Below are positions 18,756 through 28,226 of a stretch of 64,000 bases of DNA, piece by piece. A model generated the notes under the pieces. The model made no database searches. It had not been told where the DNA came from and saw nothing but the letters and a program-made list of their open reading frames with translations. The position numbers and the translations under genes were made by a program. Numbering within the stretch: position 1 is the stretch's first letter; each line of letters opens with the position of its first letter. The DNA comes from Candidatus Sumerlaeia bacterium. GTDB taxonomy: Bacteria; Sumerlaeota; Sumerlaeia; SLMS01; JANRJK01. The stretch spans positions 1-64,000 of the forward strand of contig JANRJK010000036.1 in NCBI GenBank assembly GCA_033764015.1. The letters run 5' to 3'.

Positions 18756-21563
18756 CTACCGCAACAGCCAGCCGTCCGTGCCGGCTTCCACTTCCGCGAG
18801 GCGCAGCGGAAGCACGCTGTGGATCACCAGCGACGTGGTCGCGTCGTCGTAGTCCGACAGGTCGAGGACCTGGTTCGCCGCGCTCGCTCCCGCCAGGTCG
18901 AACACGTCGGGATCGTTCGGCCCGGAGGAACCGCCGCCGGAGGTCCAGTTGGCGCGCGCGCTGCCAACCTCGCGGAGCGAGCCGAACTCCTCGAGCCCCG
19001 TGTACACGATCAGGTTGAAGCGCTGCCCCGCGAGCGGCCCGTCGAGTCCGAGCGCGGACCGCGGGATCGACAGTTCCACCGCGCCGGTCTGCGTCGAGTG
19101 CGCCGACTCCGTGGCGGCGGAGACCGCCGTGTTGACGGCGTCCGCGACCTCGAGCCCCAGCGGCCCGGTGTAGCTCACCTCGAAATCGGGCAGCGCCTCC
19201 GGGTGCGCGGAGAAGTCCGCCGGCCCGCGGAAGTCGTTACCCTGGTCCCAACCCAGCGAACCCGCGTAGCCCTCCCCCGCCGCCGTGTCGACCGCGACGC
19301 CGACATACGGCGTGAAGAACGAGGCGGACGGGTTCACCGAGCGGATCTTGAAGTAGAAGTAAACGTTCGCGGCGTCGTAGGCGGCGCGGAACTCGGTGAG
19401 GTCCGCGTCCTGCCCCGAGAACGCGCTGTTCGTCGGGTAGGTGTACGCGCCCGCGCCCTTGTCGTCGCCGAGCGCGTCGGTCCAGACGAACACGTTCGCC
19501 GCGGTCACATGCGCGGTGTTCGCGGATTGCGGGGAGGCGGCGGCCCACTCGGAGCCGTCCGCGTCGATGGAGATGGCCGCGCTCGTGGGACCGAGCACCG
19601 CCAGCACCGGCGGCAGCTCCGGGATCGACGCCGCCGAACGCGAGGTGGTGAAGCGCGCGAGCGCCGGGTACGCCAGCCGCGCGCCGTCCGCGTCGTTCGC
19701 CGTCGCCGCCACCGAGACCGTGTAGGTGGTGCGCGCGAGCAGCTCCGCCAGCGGACGCAGCGTCAGCGTGGTGAAGCCCGGATCCCACTCGGACGCGGTC
19801 GCGGTCGCGGGCGCGATGGAGACCGCCGCCAGGGTGCTCGAAGGCTCCATCGGCTTCGTGAAGGCGATGACGATCGCCGAATCCGTCGGCACGTTCGCGT
19901 CCTGGTCCGGGGGCGAGATCGACTGCACCTCGGGCTCGGCCGGCGGGAGGAGCGCCTGCGGGATCCAGACGCCCGCCGCCTGCCCCGCGAGCACGCGCTC
20001 CGGGAACAGGCCGCCCACCCCGATGGTCGCCGTCTCCGAAGGCTCGAGCGCGTTCGCGACCACGGTGCCCTGCGCCCAGCCGGTCGGGAGCGCCCCCTGC
20101 GTGCGGGTCGAAGCGCTCGTGTTCATCGACACGAGGACCATCGCCCCGCCCTCCCCCCGCGTGTAGGCAAGCATACCCGGGCCCGAGTCGGACCATTGGA
20201 GGCCGGAAAGGCCTCCGCGGCGCAGCGGTTCGATGTCGCGCCGGAGCTGCGACAGCCGCTTCACCAGCCGGTAGCGCGGCGACGACGTGTTGAAGTTATC
20301 GCCCAGCGACGGCCCTTGCTCGAACTGCCCGTCGAACATGTCCTCGCGGTTGTTCGGATCGTTGCCGCCGTCGAAGTCCTGCTCGGTGCCGTAGTAGACG
20401 ATCGGCGGGCCGGGCGCGGTGAACATGGCGATGAGGGCCAGGTCGAGGCGCCGCAGCCGCTCCGCCGCCGACGCGCCGGGGACGTCCTGCGCCGTGTTCA
20501 GGAAGCGGCGCAGGTCGTGGTTGTCGATGAAGTTCGGCATCTGCAGGTGGTGCGCGCCGAGGTTCGCCTCGCGCTGCTGCAGCCGCCCGAGGAACCAGCC
20601 CGTCGCGCCGGTGCCGCGCGCGAACACCTGTTCGCAGGTGTAGTAGTACTGGAAGTCCAGCGCCGCGTCCAGCTTGTACTCGGCGCCGCGGAAGTCGCCG
20701 ATGTAGTCCTGCATGAAGTTGTCGTCGGCGCCGTAGATCTCGCCGAAGGTGAAGGGCCGCGCGTGCCCGCCCGCCGCCGCCTCCGCCCGCAGCCGCGGCA
20801 GGAAGTCCTCCCAGAAGCCGCGATCCACGTGCTTCACGGTGTCGATGCGGAAGCCCGACACGCCGGTCTCCGCGATCCAGTAAGACCAGATGTCCACCAT
20901 CGCGTCGCGCACGTAGGCGGTCTCGGTCTTCAGGTCGTCGAGGCCCACCAGTTCGCCCAGTTCCTCCTCCGGCCGCGAGAAATCGCCGATGTTCCCGTGC
21001 GCGTGGAAGTGCTCGAGCGAGTTGAAGGGCGCGGGATAGCGCAGCGTGCCGCGCCAGCGCAGCGTGTACTCGTCCGGCGGCGCCTTGTAGCCCGGGAACC
21101 CGGAGTCGCTCGACGTGACCTGGTCCGCGCAGTGGTTCACCACCATGTCGTAGTAGACGGCGATGCCGAGCGCGTTCGCGTCCGCCACGAGCTGCTGCAG
21201 CTCCGCGAGCGTCCCGAAGTTCGGGTCCACGTTGTACCAGTCGTAGGTCGCGTAGCCGTGGTAGCTGTTCACATTCTCGAGGATCGGCGAGAGCCAGATC
21301 GCGTTGGCGCCGATGCCCGCGATGTAGGGCAGCTTCTGGCGCACGCCTTCCAGGTCGCCGCCGTGGAATCCACCCGGATTCGTCGGCGCGAAGGGCGCGC
21401 GCGGATTCCCGTCGTCGTTCAGCGCCGTCCCGTTCGCGAAACGGTCCACGAAGACGTGGTAGAAGATCAGGTCCTCGGGCTCGGGCGCCGTGAAGGTGTC
21501 CGCAGGCGCCGTGGCGGCCGCCGCGAGGAGCGCTGCGAGAAGTGCGCGGGTGGTGCTCGTCAT
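18756..21563 (-). CDS. Secreted GH13 alpha-amylase/amylopullulanase with Ig-like (Big_5) and glucodextranase-type DOMON domains
   Basis: Signal peptide; DRFANG, GGDLEG, YHGY, DMVVNH; catalytic GFRIDTVKH, FGEIY and FIDNHD; DDKGAGAYTYPT. Confidence 0.93.
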   Translation of the reverse strand: MTSTTRALLAALLAAAATAPADTFTAPEPEDLIFYHVFVDRFANGTALNDDGNPRAPFAPTNPGGFHGGDLEGVRQKLPYIAGIGANAIWLSPILENVNSYHGYATYDWYNVDPNFGTLAELQQLVADANALGIAVYYDMVVNHCADQVTSSDSGFPGYKAPPDEYTLRWRGTLRYPAPFNSLEHFHAHGNIGDFSRPEEELGELVGLDDLKTETAYVRDAMVDIWSYWIAETGVSGFRIDTVKHVDRGFWEDFLPRLRAEAAAGGHARPFTFGEIYGADDNFMQDYIGDFRGAEYKLDAALDFQYYYTCEQVFARGTGATGWFLGRLQQREANLGAHHLQMPNFIDNHDLRRFLNTAQDVPGASAAERLRRLDLALIAMFTAPGPPIVYYGTEQDFDGGNDPNNREDMFDGQFEQGPSLGDNFNTSSPRYRLVKRLSQLRRDIEPLRRGGLSGLQWSDSGPGMLAYTRGEGGAMVLVSMNTSASTRTQGALPTGWAQGTVVANALEPSETATIGVGGLFPERVLAGQAAGVWIPQALLPPAEPEVQSISPPDQDANVPTDSAIVIAFTKPMEPSSTLAAVSIAPATATASEWDPGFTTLTLRPLAELLARTTYTVSVAATANDADGARLAYPALARFTTSRSAASIPELPPVLAVLGPTSAAISIDADGSEWAAASPQSANTAHVTAANVFVWTDALGDDKGAGAYTYPTNSAFSGQDADLTEFRAAYDAANVYFYFKIRSVNPSASFFTPYVGVAVDTAAGEGYAGSLGWDQGNDFRGPADFSAHPEALPDFEVSYTGPLGLEVADAVNTAVSAATESAHSTQTGAVELSIPRSALGLDGPLAGQRFNLIVYTGLEEFGSLREVGSARANWTSGGGSSGPNDPDVFDLAGASAANQVLDLSDYDDATTSLVIHSVLPLRLAEVEAGTDGWLLR

Positions 21564-21645
21564 GGGTGGTCTCCCGGCGAACGGGAGGTTCGCCACCGCG
21601 AATGTCCGTGATTGGCTCCCCGCTGCAAAGCGGAATCGGCGCGGG

Positions 21646-22554
21646 CTACTCTCCGCCGAACAGCTCCCAGCCGCCCACCGAAGCCTGCGGCGTGTCCAAG
21701 GTCTCCCCGAGGAACGCCAGCAGTTGCGAGTCGGTGACCTGTCCGGGGTCGGCCAAGTTCAACGCGGCCAGCGGGGCCGGCACCGAAACCTCGGTGAAGT
21801 GGGCATAGTCCACGAAAGCGGCGAGGTCCGGCTGCCCGCCGGTATTGACGGTCGAGTTGTGCGTGAAGGGGTCCATGCCGTTCACGTTCTCCCAGTCGGT
21901 GTAGCACGTGATCCCCGCCTGGAGGGTCGCAGGCATGTCCGACCGCGAGTAGCGGCGGTGGACCACCCAGGGGCCCGGGGCCTCGCGCCGCAGCATGATG
22001 AAGGCGTTGCCGATCCGGGCGCTGCGGATCTCCGCGAGCGTCGAAGGGGCGCTTTGGATGTTGAGCACCGAGACGCTGTCCACTGTGGTCTTCACTTCGT
22101 ACTGCGCCGTGCCGGGAGTGTTCGCGGCCCCCAGCGAGAGGAAGACGTAGTCCTCACCGCCCGGGGTCCAAGTGGCCGGGGTGATCGCTCGCGGCGCGCG
22201 CAGCATGATTCCGGCGAGCGAGTACTGCCGTCCCGGCGGCCCGGTTTGGGCGCGATTGAGCGACTCGACCTCGATCGTCATTGCGAAGTTTCCGGTGACT
22301 TCCTTGAACGCGAGCACGCCGCGGTAGTTCGCGAACCAGGTGCTCGTGTAGGGGACCATCGCCATCCAACCGCTGCGGCTGGTGTCGATGTTCCACGTCT
22401 CCAGTTGGTCCGCGTTCCATCCCTCGACCGTGTGGACGCGCTGCCAGTCCGAGAGTGTGGAGGGGTCGTCGAAGTCGTCGTTCAGCAGGGAGAGCTGCGC
22501 GGACGCCTCGGAGGCGGCTGCGAAAAGCAGGGCGGTGGTAAGCAGTTTGCTCAT
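21646..22554 (-). CDS. Secreted hypothetical protein (probable beta-jelly-roll/lectin-like fold)
   Basis: Signal peptide MSKLLTTALLFAAASEASA; LNDDFDD start; SLAGIMLR; ends ASVGGWELFGGE. Confidence 0.8.
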   Translation of the reverse strand: MSKLLTTALLFAAASEASAQLSLLNDDFDDPSTLSDWQRVHTVEGWNADQLETWNIDTSRSGWMAMVPYTSTWFANYRGVLAFKEVTGNFAMTIEVESLNRAQTGPPGRQYSLAGIMLRAPRAITPATWTPGGEDYVFLSLGAANTPGTAQYEVKTTVDSVSVLNIQSAPSTLAEIRSARIGNAFIMLRREAPGPWVVHRRYSRSDMPATLQAGITCYTDWENVNGMDPFTHNSTVNTGGQPDLAAFVDYAHFTEVSVPAPLAALNLADPGQVTDSQLLAFLGETLDTPQASVGGWELFGGE

Positions 22555-22612
22555 GGGCCGGAATTGGTCCCTCGGTGGAATCAGGCTGGAGTGGCGCGCC
22601 TCTGGATTCGTT

Positions 22613-23320
22613 TTACAGCAGACCGACTTTGTCGCACGTGACGTGCCCGTCCTCCATCCGGATGATGCGGTCCGCGACGTCCAGGATGCGGTTGTCGTGC
22701 GTGACGAGCAGGATCGGGATGCCCTTCGAGCGCGCGAGCTGGTGCAGCAGGTCCACCACCTGGCGGCCCGACTGCTTGTCGAGCGAGGCGGTCGGCTCGT
22801 CCGCGAGGATCAGGTCCGGCGCGGGGGCCAGCGCCCGGGCGATGGCGACGCGCTGCTTCTGCCCGCCGGAGAGCTTCGCCGGGATGGCCTCGATCCGGTC
22901 CGTCAGCCCCATCGCGGCGAGCGTCTCTTCGCTGCGCCGGCGCATCTCCGCGGCCCCGACGTCGTCGCGCAGCGCGAACGCCAGCTCCACGTTCTGCCGC
23001 GCCGTCAGGAACGGCAGCAGATTGTGGAGCTGGAAGATGAAGCCGATGCGGCGGCGCAGCAGCAGCATCCTGCGGTTGTCCGAGCCCATCAGCTCCTCGC
23101 CGAAGACCCGCAGCGAACCCTTCTGCATCCGACGCAACCCGCCGATCAGCGTCAGCAGCGTCGTCTTCCCCGAGCCCGAAGGCCCCTCGAGGATCACGAT
23201 CTCGCCGGGGCGCATCTCGAGATCGACGCTGTAGAGCACCTGCTTGCGCAGCTCGCCCTCGCCGAAGGCGTAGTCCACGCCGCGGATCGACAGCACGGAA
23301 GCGGTGGCGTCAGAAGACAT
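22613..23320 (-). CDS. devA: DevA-type ABC transporter ATP-binding subunit
   Basis: GPSGSGKTT, LSGGQKQRVAIARAL, ILADEPT and LLVTHD; the LRKQVL N-terminus is typical of DevA. Confidence 0.9.
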   Translation of the reverse strand: MSSDATASVLSIRGVDYAFGEGELRKQVLYSVDLEMRPGEIVILEGPSGSGKTTLLTLIGGLRRMQKGSLRVFGEELMGSDNRRMLLLRRRIGFIFQLHNLLPFLTARQNVELAFALRDDVGAAEMRRRSEETLAAMGLTDRIEAIPAKLSGGQKQRVAIARALAPAPDLILADEPTASLDKQSGRQVVDLLHQLARSKGIPILLVTHDNRILDVADRIIRMEDGHVTCDKVGLL

Positions 23321-24479
23321 CGGCGGGGTCCGCGCTGGAAAGCTTGTGCACCGCGAGGCCCGCGGCCACCGCGCACATCACCACCGTCATGCCCATCACC
23401 TGCACAATGCGGTCCGGCGTCACTTCGACCGGTAGCGAGATCGCCTTCTGCGCCGCGCGCGCGAGGATCCGCGCCCCCAGCAGCCCCGGCCAGAAGCCGA
23501 TCAACGACAGGATGAGCCCCTGCGAGAGGATGATCCGCAGCAGGAAGCCGTCGCCGAAGCCCATCGCCTTCAGCGTGGCGAACTGCGGCAGGTGGTTGAT
23601 GACGTCGGTGTAGAGGATCTGGTAGACGATGATCATGCCGACCACGAACGCGACCGAGGCGATCAGCGACATGATGAAGTCGACGGGCTCGTTCTTGCGC
23701 AGGTAGGCGAGTTCCTTGTCGAGCAGCCCCCGCCGCGAGTACACGACGCCCTCCGACCCCAGCATCGAGTTCGCCACCGCCAGCACCTGCTCCGCGTCCG
23801 CGCCCGGCGCCAGCTTCACGATCCCGATGTCGGCCGCGCCCGGATGGATCGTCGGGAACATGCGCTGGAAGTTCGCGTGCGTGGTGAACAGGTTGCCGTC
23901 GATGCCCACCGTGATGCCACCGGTCACGGCGCCGGTGACTTGGATGCGGCGGCTGTTCACCTCGGTCGAGAACTCCCGCCCCGCGTCCAGCTCCGCCGCC
24001 ACGGGACCGATCTTCGGGCGCGAGCGCCGGTCGAACAACGCCACGTCCGCCAAGCGGAACACCGGATCCGACGGGTCGATGCCGTCGAGGCCGATCACGT
24101 TCTCGTCCAGCTCGAGGCCGTAGACGCGCACGTTGTGCTGCTGCCGCGTCCACGGGTTGATCCAGCGCCCCGTCTCGACGTAGACCACCGAGACCTTCTC
24201 CACGCCCTCGATGGCGCGCAGCCGGTCGGCGAAGCGCCGCGGGAACCGCGCCGGGCGCTGCACCGTTTGCGTCTTCGGGCTCAGGAGGATCAGGTCGCCG
24301 TTCAGGCTCGAAGCGACCTGCAGCGAGCTGCGGAACACGGTCTCCTTCAGGCTCAGCACCAGCAGCATCAGCAGCACCGCGACGCTGACGCCCATGAGCG
24401 CGATCAACATGCGCGTGCGCCCGTGGCTGAGCTGCCGCCAGCCGAGCGCCGCGCTGGATTGCGAGAGCGCCTTCCTCAC
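23310..24479 (-). CDS. devC: DevC-type (FtsX/MacB-like) ABC permease
   Basis: LGWRQL N-terminus; VGMIIVYQILYTDVINHLPQFATLKAMGF; ends ADPADVF. Confidence 0.9.
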   Translation of the reverse strand: MRKALSQSSAALGWRQLSHGRTRMLIALMGVSVAVLLMLLVLSLKETVFRSSLQVASSLNGDLILLSPKTQTVQRPARFPRRFADRLRAIEGVEKVSVVYVETGRWINPWTRQQHNVRVYGLELDENVIGLDGIDPSDPVFRLADVALFDRRSRPKIGPVAAELDAGREFSTEVNSRRIQVTGAVTGGITVGIDGNLFTTHANFQRMFPTIHPGAADIGIVKLAPGADAEQVLAVANSMLGSEGVVYSRRGLLDKELAYLRKNEPVDFIMSLIASVAFVVGMIIVYQILYTDVINHLPQFATLKAMGFGDGFLLRIILSQGLILSLIGFWPGLLGARILARAAQKAISLPVEVTPDRIVQVMGMTVVMCAVAAGLAVHKLSSADPADVF

Positions 24480-25516
24480 GGAGCCACCTCGATTAGCACT
24501 TCCACGCGCGCATTGGTGAGTCCCGCGACCTGCGCGCTCCCTTCCGGGTCCAGCTCGATGCGCACCTCGACCACCCGCGCGTCCGTGTCCGACACCGGGT
24601 CGTTGTCGAGCGCGACCTTGCGCCCGACGAGCGGCTCGACCGCGACCACGCGCCCCGCGAGGCGCAGGTCCGTGCTCTTCACGCGGATCGTGGCGAGCTG
24701 CCCCGGCGCTACGCGCGGCACGTCGGCCTCGTACACCTCCGCCACCGCGTGCATCGGCGAGACCGCGCCCATTTCCAGGATGCCGCGTTCGCCGACACGC
24801 TCGCCCGCGCGGGCGTGCACCTGCAACACCCGCCCCGAGATCGGCGCCTCGATCCGCGTACGTTCCAGCGCCCGCTCCGCCACCGCGACCGCCGCCTCCG
24901 CGGCCGCGAGCTCCGCCTCCCGAAGCCGCACATCGACCTCGCGCACCTCCGCCAGCGCCGCGCGCGCCGCCTCCCCCTCCGCGAGCGCCGCGCGGGCCGA
25001 TTCGACCGCGAGCCGGTCGCGCTCGAGCACCGACTCCGCGACGGACTCCATGCGCGCTAGCGCCTCCGAGCGTGCAAGGTCGCGCTCGCTCTGCGCCAGT
25101 GTCTCGCGCGCCGCATTGATCGCCGCGTCGCGCGCCGCCAACTCGTCCGGCTTCGCCCCCGCGCGCGTCTGCTCCAGGCGGGCGCGCGCCACGGCGACCT
25201 GCTCCCGCGCCGCGTCGCGTTCCGCCGCGCGCAGGTCGTGCTCGTCCGTCAGCGCCACCACATCCCCGGCGGCCACGTCCGCGCCGGCCTCGGCACGCAG
25301 CTCCGCGAGGATCGCGTTCATCCCGGGCGCGTTGAGCGTGCGCACGCGCGAGGAGGGCTCGAGCGTGCCGAGCGCGGCGACTTGGTTCGGCGCCGCCAGG
25401 CGGGACGCTTGGAGGGGCGGCGACGATTCTCCTGCGCCGTTCGAAAGCCGCATCGCCACCGCGGCGGCCGCCGCCAGCAGCAGCAGGACAAGAATGGCAA
25501 TTCGTCCGCGCGTCAT
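24476..25516 (-). CDS. devB: DevB-type HlyD/membrane fusion protein
   Basis: N-terminal TM, VAALGTLEP, coiled coil, IEAPISGRVL, AVAEVYEAD and DARVVEVRI. Confidence 0.9.
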   Translation of the reverse strand: MTRGRIAILVLLLLAAAAAVAMRLSNGAGESSPPLQASRLAAPNQVAALGTLEPSSRVRTLNAPGMNAILAELRAEAGADVAAGDVVALTDEHDLRAAERDAAREQVAVARARLEQTRAGAKPDELAARDAAINAARETLAQSERDLARSEALARMESVAESVLERDRLAVESARAALAEGEAARAALAEVREVDVRLREAELAAAEAAVAVAERALERTRIEAPISGRVLQVHARAGERVGERGILEMGAVSPMHAVAEVYEADVPRVAPGQLATIRVKSTDLRLAGRVVAVEPLVGRKVALDNDPVSDTDARVVEVRIELDPEGSAQVAGLTNARVEVLIEVAP

Positions 25517-26127
25517 CGCGTGCCCTCCTTTGCGGGCGCCGCGAGCGATTCCGCCCGCGAAATCAGAAGCTTCGCCACAGTGTCGCAGTGCGGGTCGTCC
25601 GGCAGGATCGCGCCAATGGTCCGCGCCATCCAGAACCCGTGCATCGCAAGCCACAGCAAGAGCTGATCCTCGCCCGTCTCCGGGTCCGACAGCAGTTCGC
25701 TCCAGATCCGCGTGCGCATCGCGCGCAGCGGCGCCAGCAGCTCCGGGCTGATCATCCCCGCCGTCACCATTCCCAGCATAAAATCGCGGTGCGAGCGCAT
25801 GAACGCGATGTCGTCCTGGAACTCCGCCGCGGAGGGCGCGTGCTCGGGGAAGGCGACCGCGATCATGGTGCGGATCAGCCGCGCGCGTCCCTCCGGGGCG
25901 AGCGCCTTCAGCCGCGTCTGCACCAAATGGAACGCCCGCTGTGTGTAGAACTCGAGGAACGCCGCGAGCAGAGCCTCCTTCGACGCGAAGTGGTGGAAGA
26001 GCCCGCCCTTGCTGAGGCCAGCCTCGCGCGCGATGGCGTCCATGGTGAAGCCCGCCGGGCCGTCGCGCCGGACCACGGCGAGCGAGGCTTCGAGGATGCG
26101 CTCCCGGGCGCTAAGGGAGTCGTTCAT
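25513..26127 (-). CDS. TetR/AcrR family transcriptional regulator
   Basis: RERILEASLAVVRRDGPAGFTMDAIAREAGLSKGGLFHHFASKEAL. Confidence 0.93.
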   Translation of the reverse strand: MNDSLSARERILEASLAVVRRDGPAGFTMDAIAREAGLSKGGLFHHFASKEALLAAFLEFYTQRAFHLVQTRLKALAPEGRARLIRTMIAVAFPEHAPSAAEFQDDIAFMRSHRDFMLGMVTAGMISPELLAPLRAMRTRIWSELLSDPETGEDQLLLWLAMHGFWMARTIGAILPDDPHCDTVAKLLISRAESLAAPAKEGTR

Positions 26128-26146
26128 GGTGGTGCCTCCGTGGCGA

Positions 26147-26191
26147 CCGACCGTCCGGTCGGCAAGAGAGAGCGTCCGACCAACCGGTCGG
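26147..26191. promoter_or_regulatory. Two 16-bp palindromic TetR operators
   Basis: ccgaccgtccggtcgg (26147-26162) and ccgaccaaccggtcgg (26176-26191), directly upstream of tetR and next to a minus-strand TTTACA -35 candidate. Confidence 0.75.
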
Positions 26192-26288
26192 TTTGTAAAG
26201 CGAAAAGTTTCCCGCAAAGCGCTTGACTCGCCCCCCCCACCGCACCTTCATACAGGGCTTCCGTCGCGGCAACGCGCCGGACCTCGGT

Positions 26289-26364
26289 GCCTCGGTAGCT
26301 CAGTTGGTAGAGCAGTGGACTGAAAATCCACGTGTCGCCGGTTCGATTCCGGCCTGAGGCACCA
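26289..26364 (+). tRNA. tRNA-Phe (GAA)
   Basis: Cloverleaf with acceptor gcctcgg/ctgaggc, anticodon arm gtgga-ctGAAaa-tccac, GGTTCGATTCC T-arm and encoded CCA. Confidence 0.97.
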
Positions 26365-26566
26365 CTTCCCCCCCTTCCGCCACGCAAGCCAGCCGGTTCG
26401 TTCTTGGAGAGGCGGCCCCCGCGCCGCCTCCGGCGCAGGCCCCCTCGCCCCCGTGCGTCCGCCCCCGACCCGGCAGCGAGGCGGAGGAGCGAGCAGCGCG
26501 CCCGTTTCCCGTTGCCAAGCCCCCGGGCGTGGCGCTTTCCTGACCGCATCGGAGGAAGCCGACGAC

Positions 26567-27502
26567 GTGCGCTTCACGAACGCGATGACGACGGAGCACC
26601 TGACGCTCGGGCCCGGGGTGATTGGGCATATCTGGCGGCAGCGGTCGACGGACGTTGCGACCTACGCGGCGACGGACCGGTGGTTCCATTACGACCAGGT
26701 TGGGTCCGTGCTGTCGGAGTCCGGCTCCGCAGGCACGCTCGCCCAGCGGCACGAGCAGGACGCCTTCGGTAACACCGTCGCGAGTTGGCAAAGCTACACC
26801 TGGGGCGGCGGCCAGCCCGGCTGGCACCATAACTCGAAGGAATATGATGGGGAGTTGGGGTTGGTTTATATGTATCAGAGGTGGTATGATGGGAAGCTGG
26901 GGGCGTTTGTTAACGCGAACAGGTACCCCATTCCCTTAGAAAGTCGGTACGCGTTCGCTGAGAACCAACCAGTTAGTGCATTAGATCCAACTGGTGACAT
27001 CATCTTTGAAATCGAATGCTACGCCGGTGTGGGAGGAAAGTTTTGTTTTGGGCTGAATGAGGACTTCTCCGGTGGAATGATAAAGATTGGTTTTGGGGCT
27101 GGCTATGGCGGTGGCTTTAGCGTCAACCCAAACGCAGGAAGCGGTGACTACACAAATGGTGATGGGGGCTTAGGTGCGTGGGGAGGAGCAGGTGTTGGAT
27201 TCGGCCCCGTCTCTGGAGGGGTTGGATGCGAGGGCGTCGTTACTGGCGAATTCGATAACATGCTAGCGGGAGAAACCAATTGCGGAGTTAACGATGCATA
27301 TGAAGTTAAGGGACAGCTAGACTGGAGTTGCTCGGCAAGTGTAGGCGTCCAGGGTGTGATTCCATTCGGCGACCCTCCACCTCCCTCCGAGCAATCGGCA
27401 AATGCTAAGTGGGCTGGATGTCAGGCACGTTGCAAGTCCTCTTGGGGGAAACCAGGAGATGGACTGAAGTTTTCCAGCTGCATGACTCAGTGCATGGAGT
27501 GA
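26567..27502 (+). CDS. Short (orphan) Rhs repeat-associated core protein with a variable Cys/Gly-rich C-terminal tip
   Basis: HYDQVGSV, DAFGN, KEYDGELGLVYMYQRWYD and YAFAENQPVSALDPTG. GC falls visibly after about 26830. Start is uncertain (GTG 26567 after GGAGGA, or ATG 26585). Confidence 0.85.
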   Translation: MRFTNAMTTEHLTLGPGVIGHIWRQRSTDVATYAATDRWFHYDQVGSVLSESGSAGTLAQRHEQDAFGNTVASWQSYTWGGGQPGWHHNSKEYDGELGLVYMYQRWYDGKLGAFVNANRYPIPLESRYAFAENQPVSALDPTGDIIFEIECYAGVGGKFCFGLNEDFSGGMIKIGFGAGYGGGFSVNPNAGSGDYTNGDGGLGAWGGAGVGFGPVSGGVGCEGVVTGEFDNMLAGETNCGVNDAYEVKGQLDWSCSASVGVQGVIPFGDPPPPSEQSANAKWAGCQARCKSSWGKPGDGLKFSSCMTQCME

Positions 27503-27506
27503 CATT

Positions 27507-27932
27507 GTGAAACGTCTCGCCTTCGCTTGGATAGGTGCGCTGCTTCTGCTTGCCCTCGCGCTAAGTGTTTATGCTGGAATCGTGCGGCGACAGGCATTTC
27601 GGTCAATTCACGGTGAACCACTTAAAGAACTCAGGCGCGCTAGTGTAGGTCGGAATTGCGGTGAGCTCGGAATCGTGAAGGAGGTGGTTGTTGATACAAC
27701 TAGGCGCGCTTGGTACTCCGACACCGATGAGGGACTTAATCGTGGAACTGCAAGATTCCACGCTACCTTTACGGGTTCGAAGCGAGAAGTGTCCGTTGAA
27801 GTAGTGATGGTGTACACAAACGCAAGGGAGTGGCGAGTGAACGTTACTGATCCTGCATTGCCCATCGACTCATATACGCTTGAGTTTGCTCCAGAAGAGA
27901 TAGACCCTCGATGGTTACCGTCGGTTGAGTAG
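27507..27932 (+). CDS. Putative immunity/partner protein of the Rhs tip (N-terminal signal or TM)
   Basis: Starts 4 bp after the Rhs stop, shares its lower GC, and has a hydrophobic N-terminus. Confidence 0.65.
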   Translation: MKRLAFAWIGALLLLALALSVYAGIVRRQAFRSIHGEPLKELRRASVGRNCGELGIVKEVVVDTTRRAWYSDTDEGLNRGTARFHATFTGSKREVSVEVVMVYTNAREWRVNVTDPALPIDSYTLEFAPEEIDPRWLPSVE

Positions 27933-28226
27933 AGGATTCATTTCCACCTCCCCTAGGCCGCTTGACGTTGTATAGTCGGGCGTGCGGCAATGGACGGCAT
28001 ATGCAACCGCAAACCCTACCCCTACAACATGCTTGTCGATCCGGAGCGCGCCGCGCGGACCGGGCGACAGACGATGCCTAAAGTCGACCAGGGCGCGACA
28101 AGGAGGATGGCACGCGCTAAGGTGGCCTCAGCCCTCTGACTGAAGTCGACTACTTGCACTTCGCCACCCTTGGGCACGCGGCTGCCAGGCATCGCCGCTG
28201 GCCTGCTGCTTCGGTGGCCCACTCCT

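Noticed and set aside
27952..28140. Possible IS5-family remnant (CTAG, then a short ORF containing RKPYP)
   Set aside because: Only a five-residue resemblance; no matching inverted repeat or transposase body.
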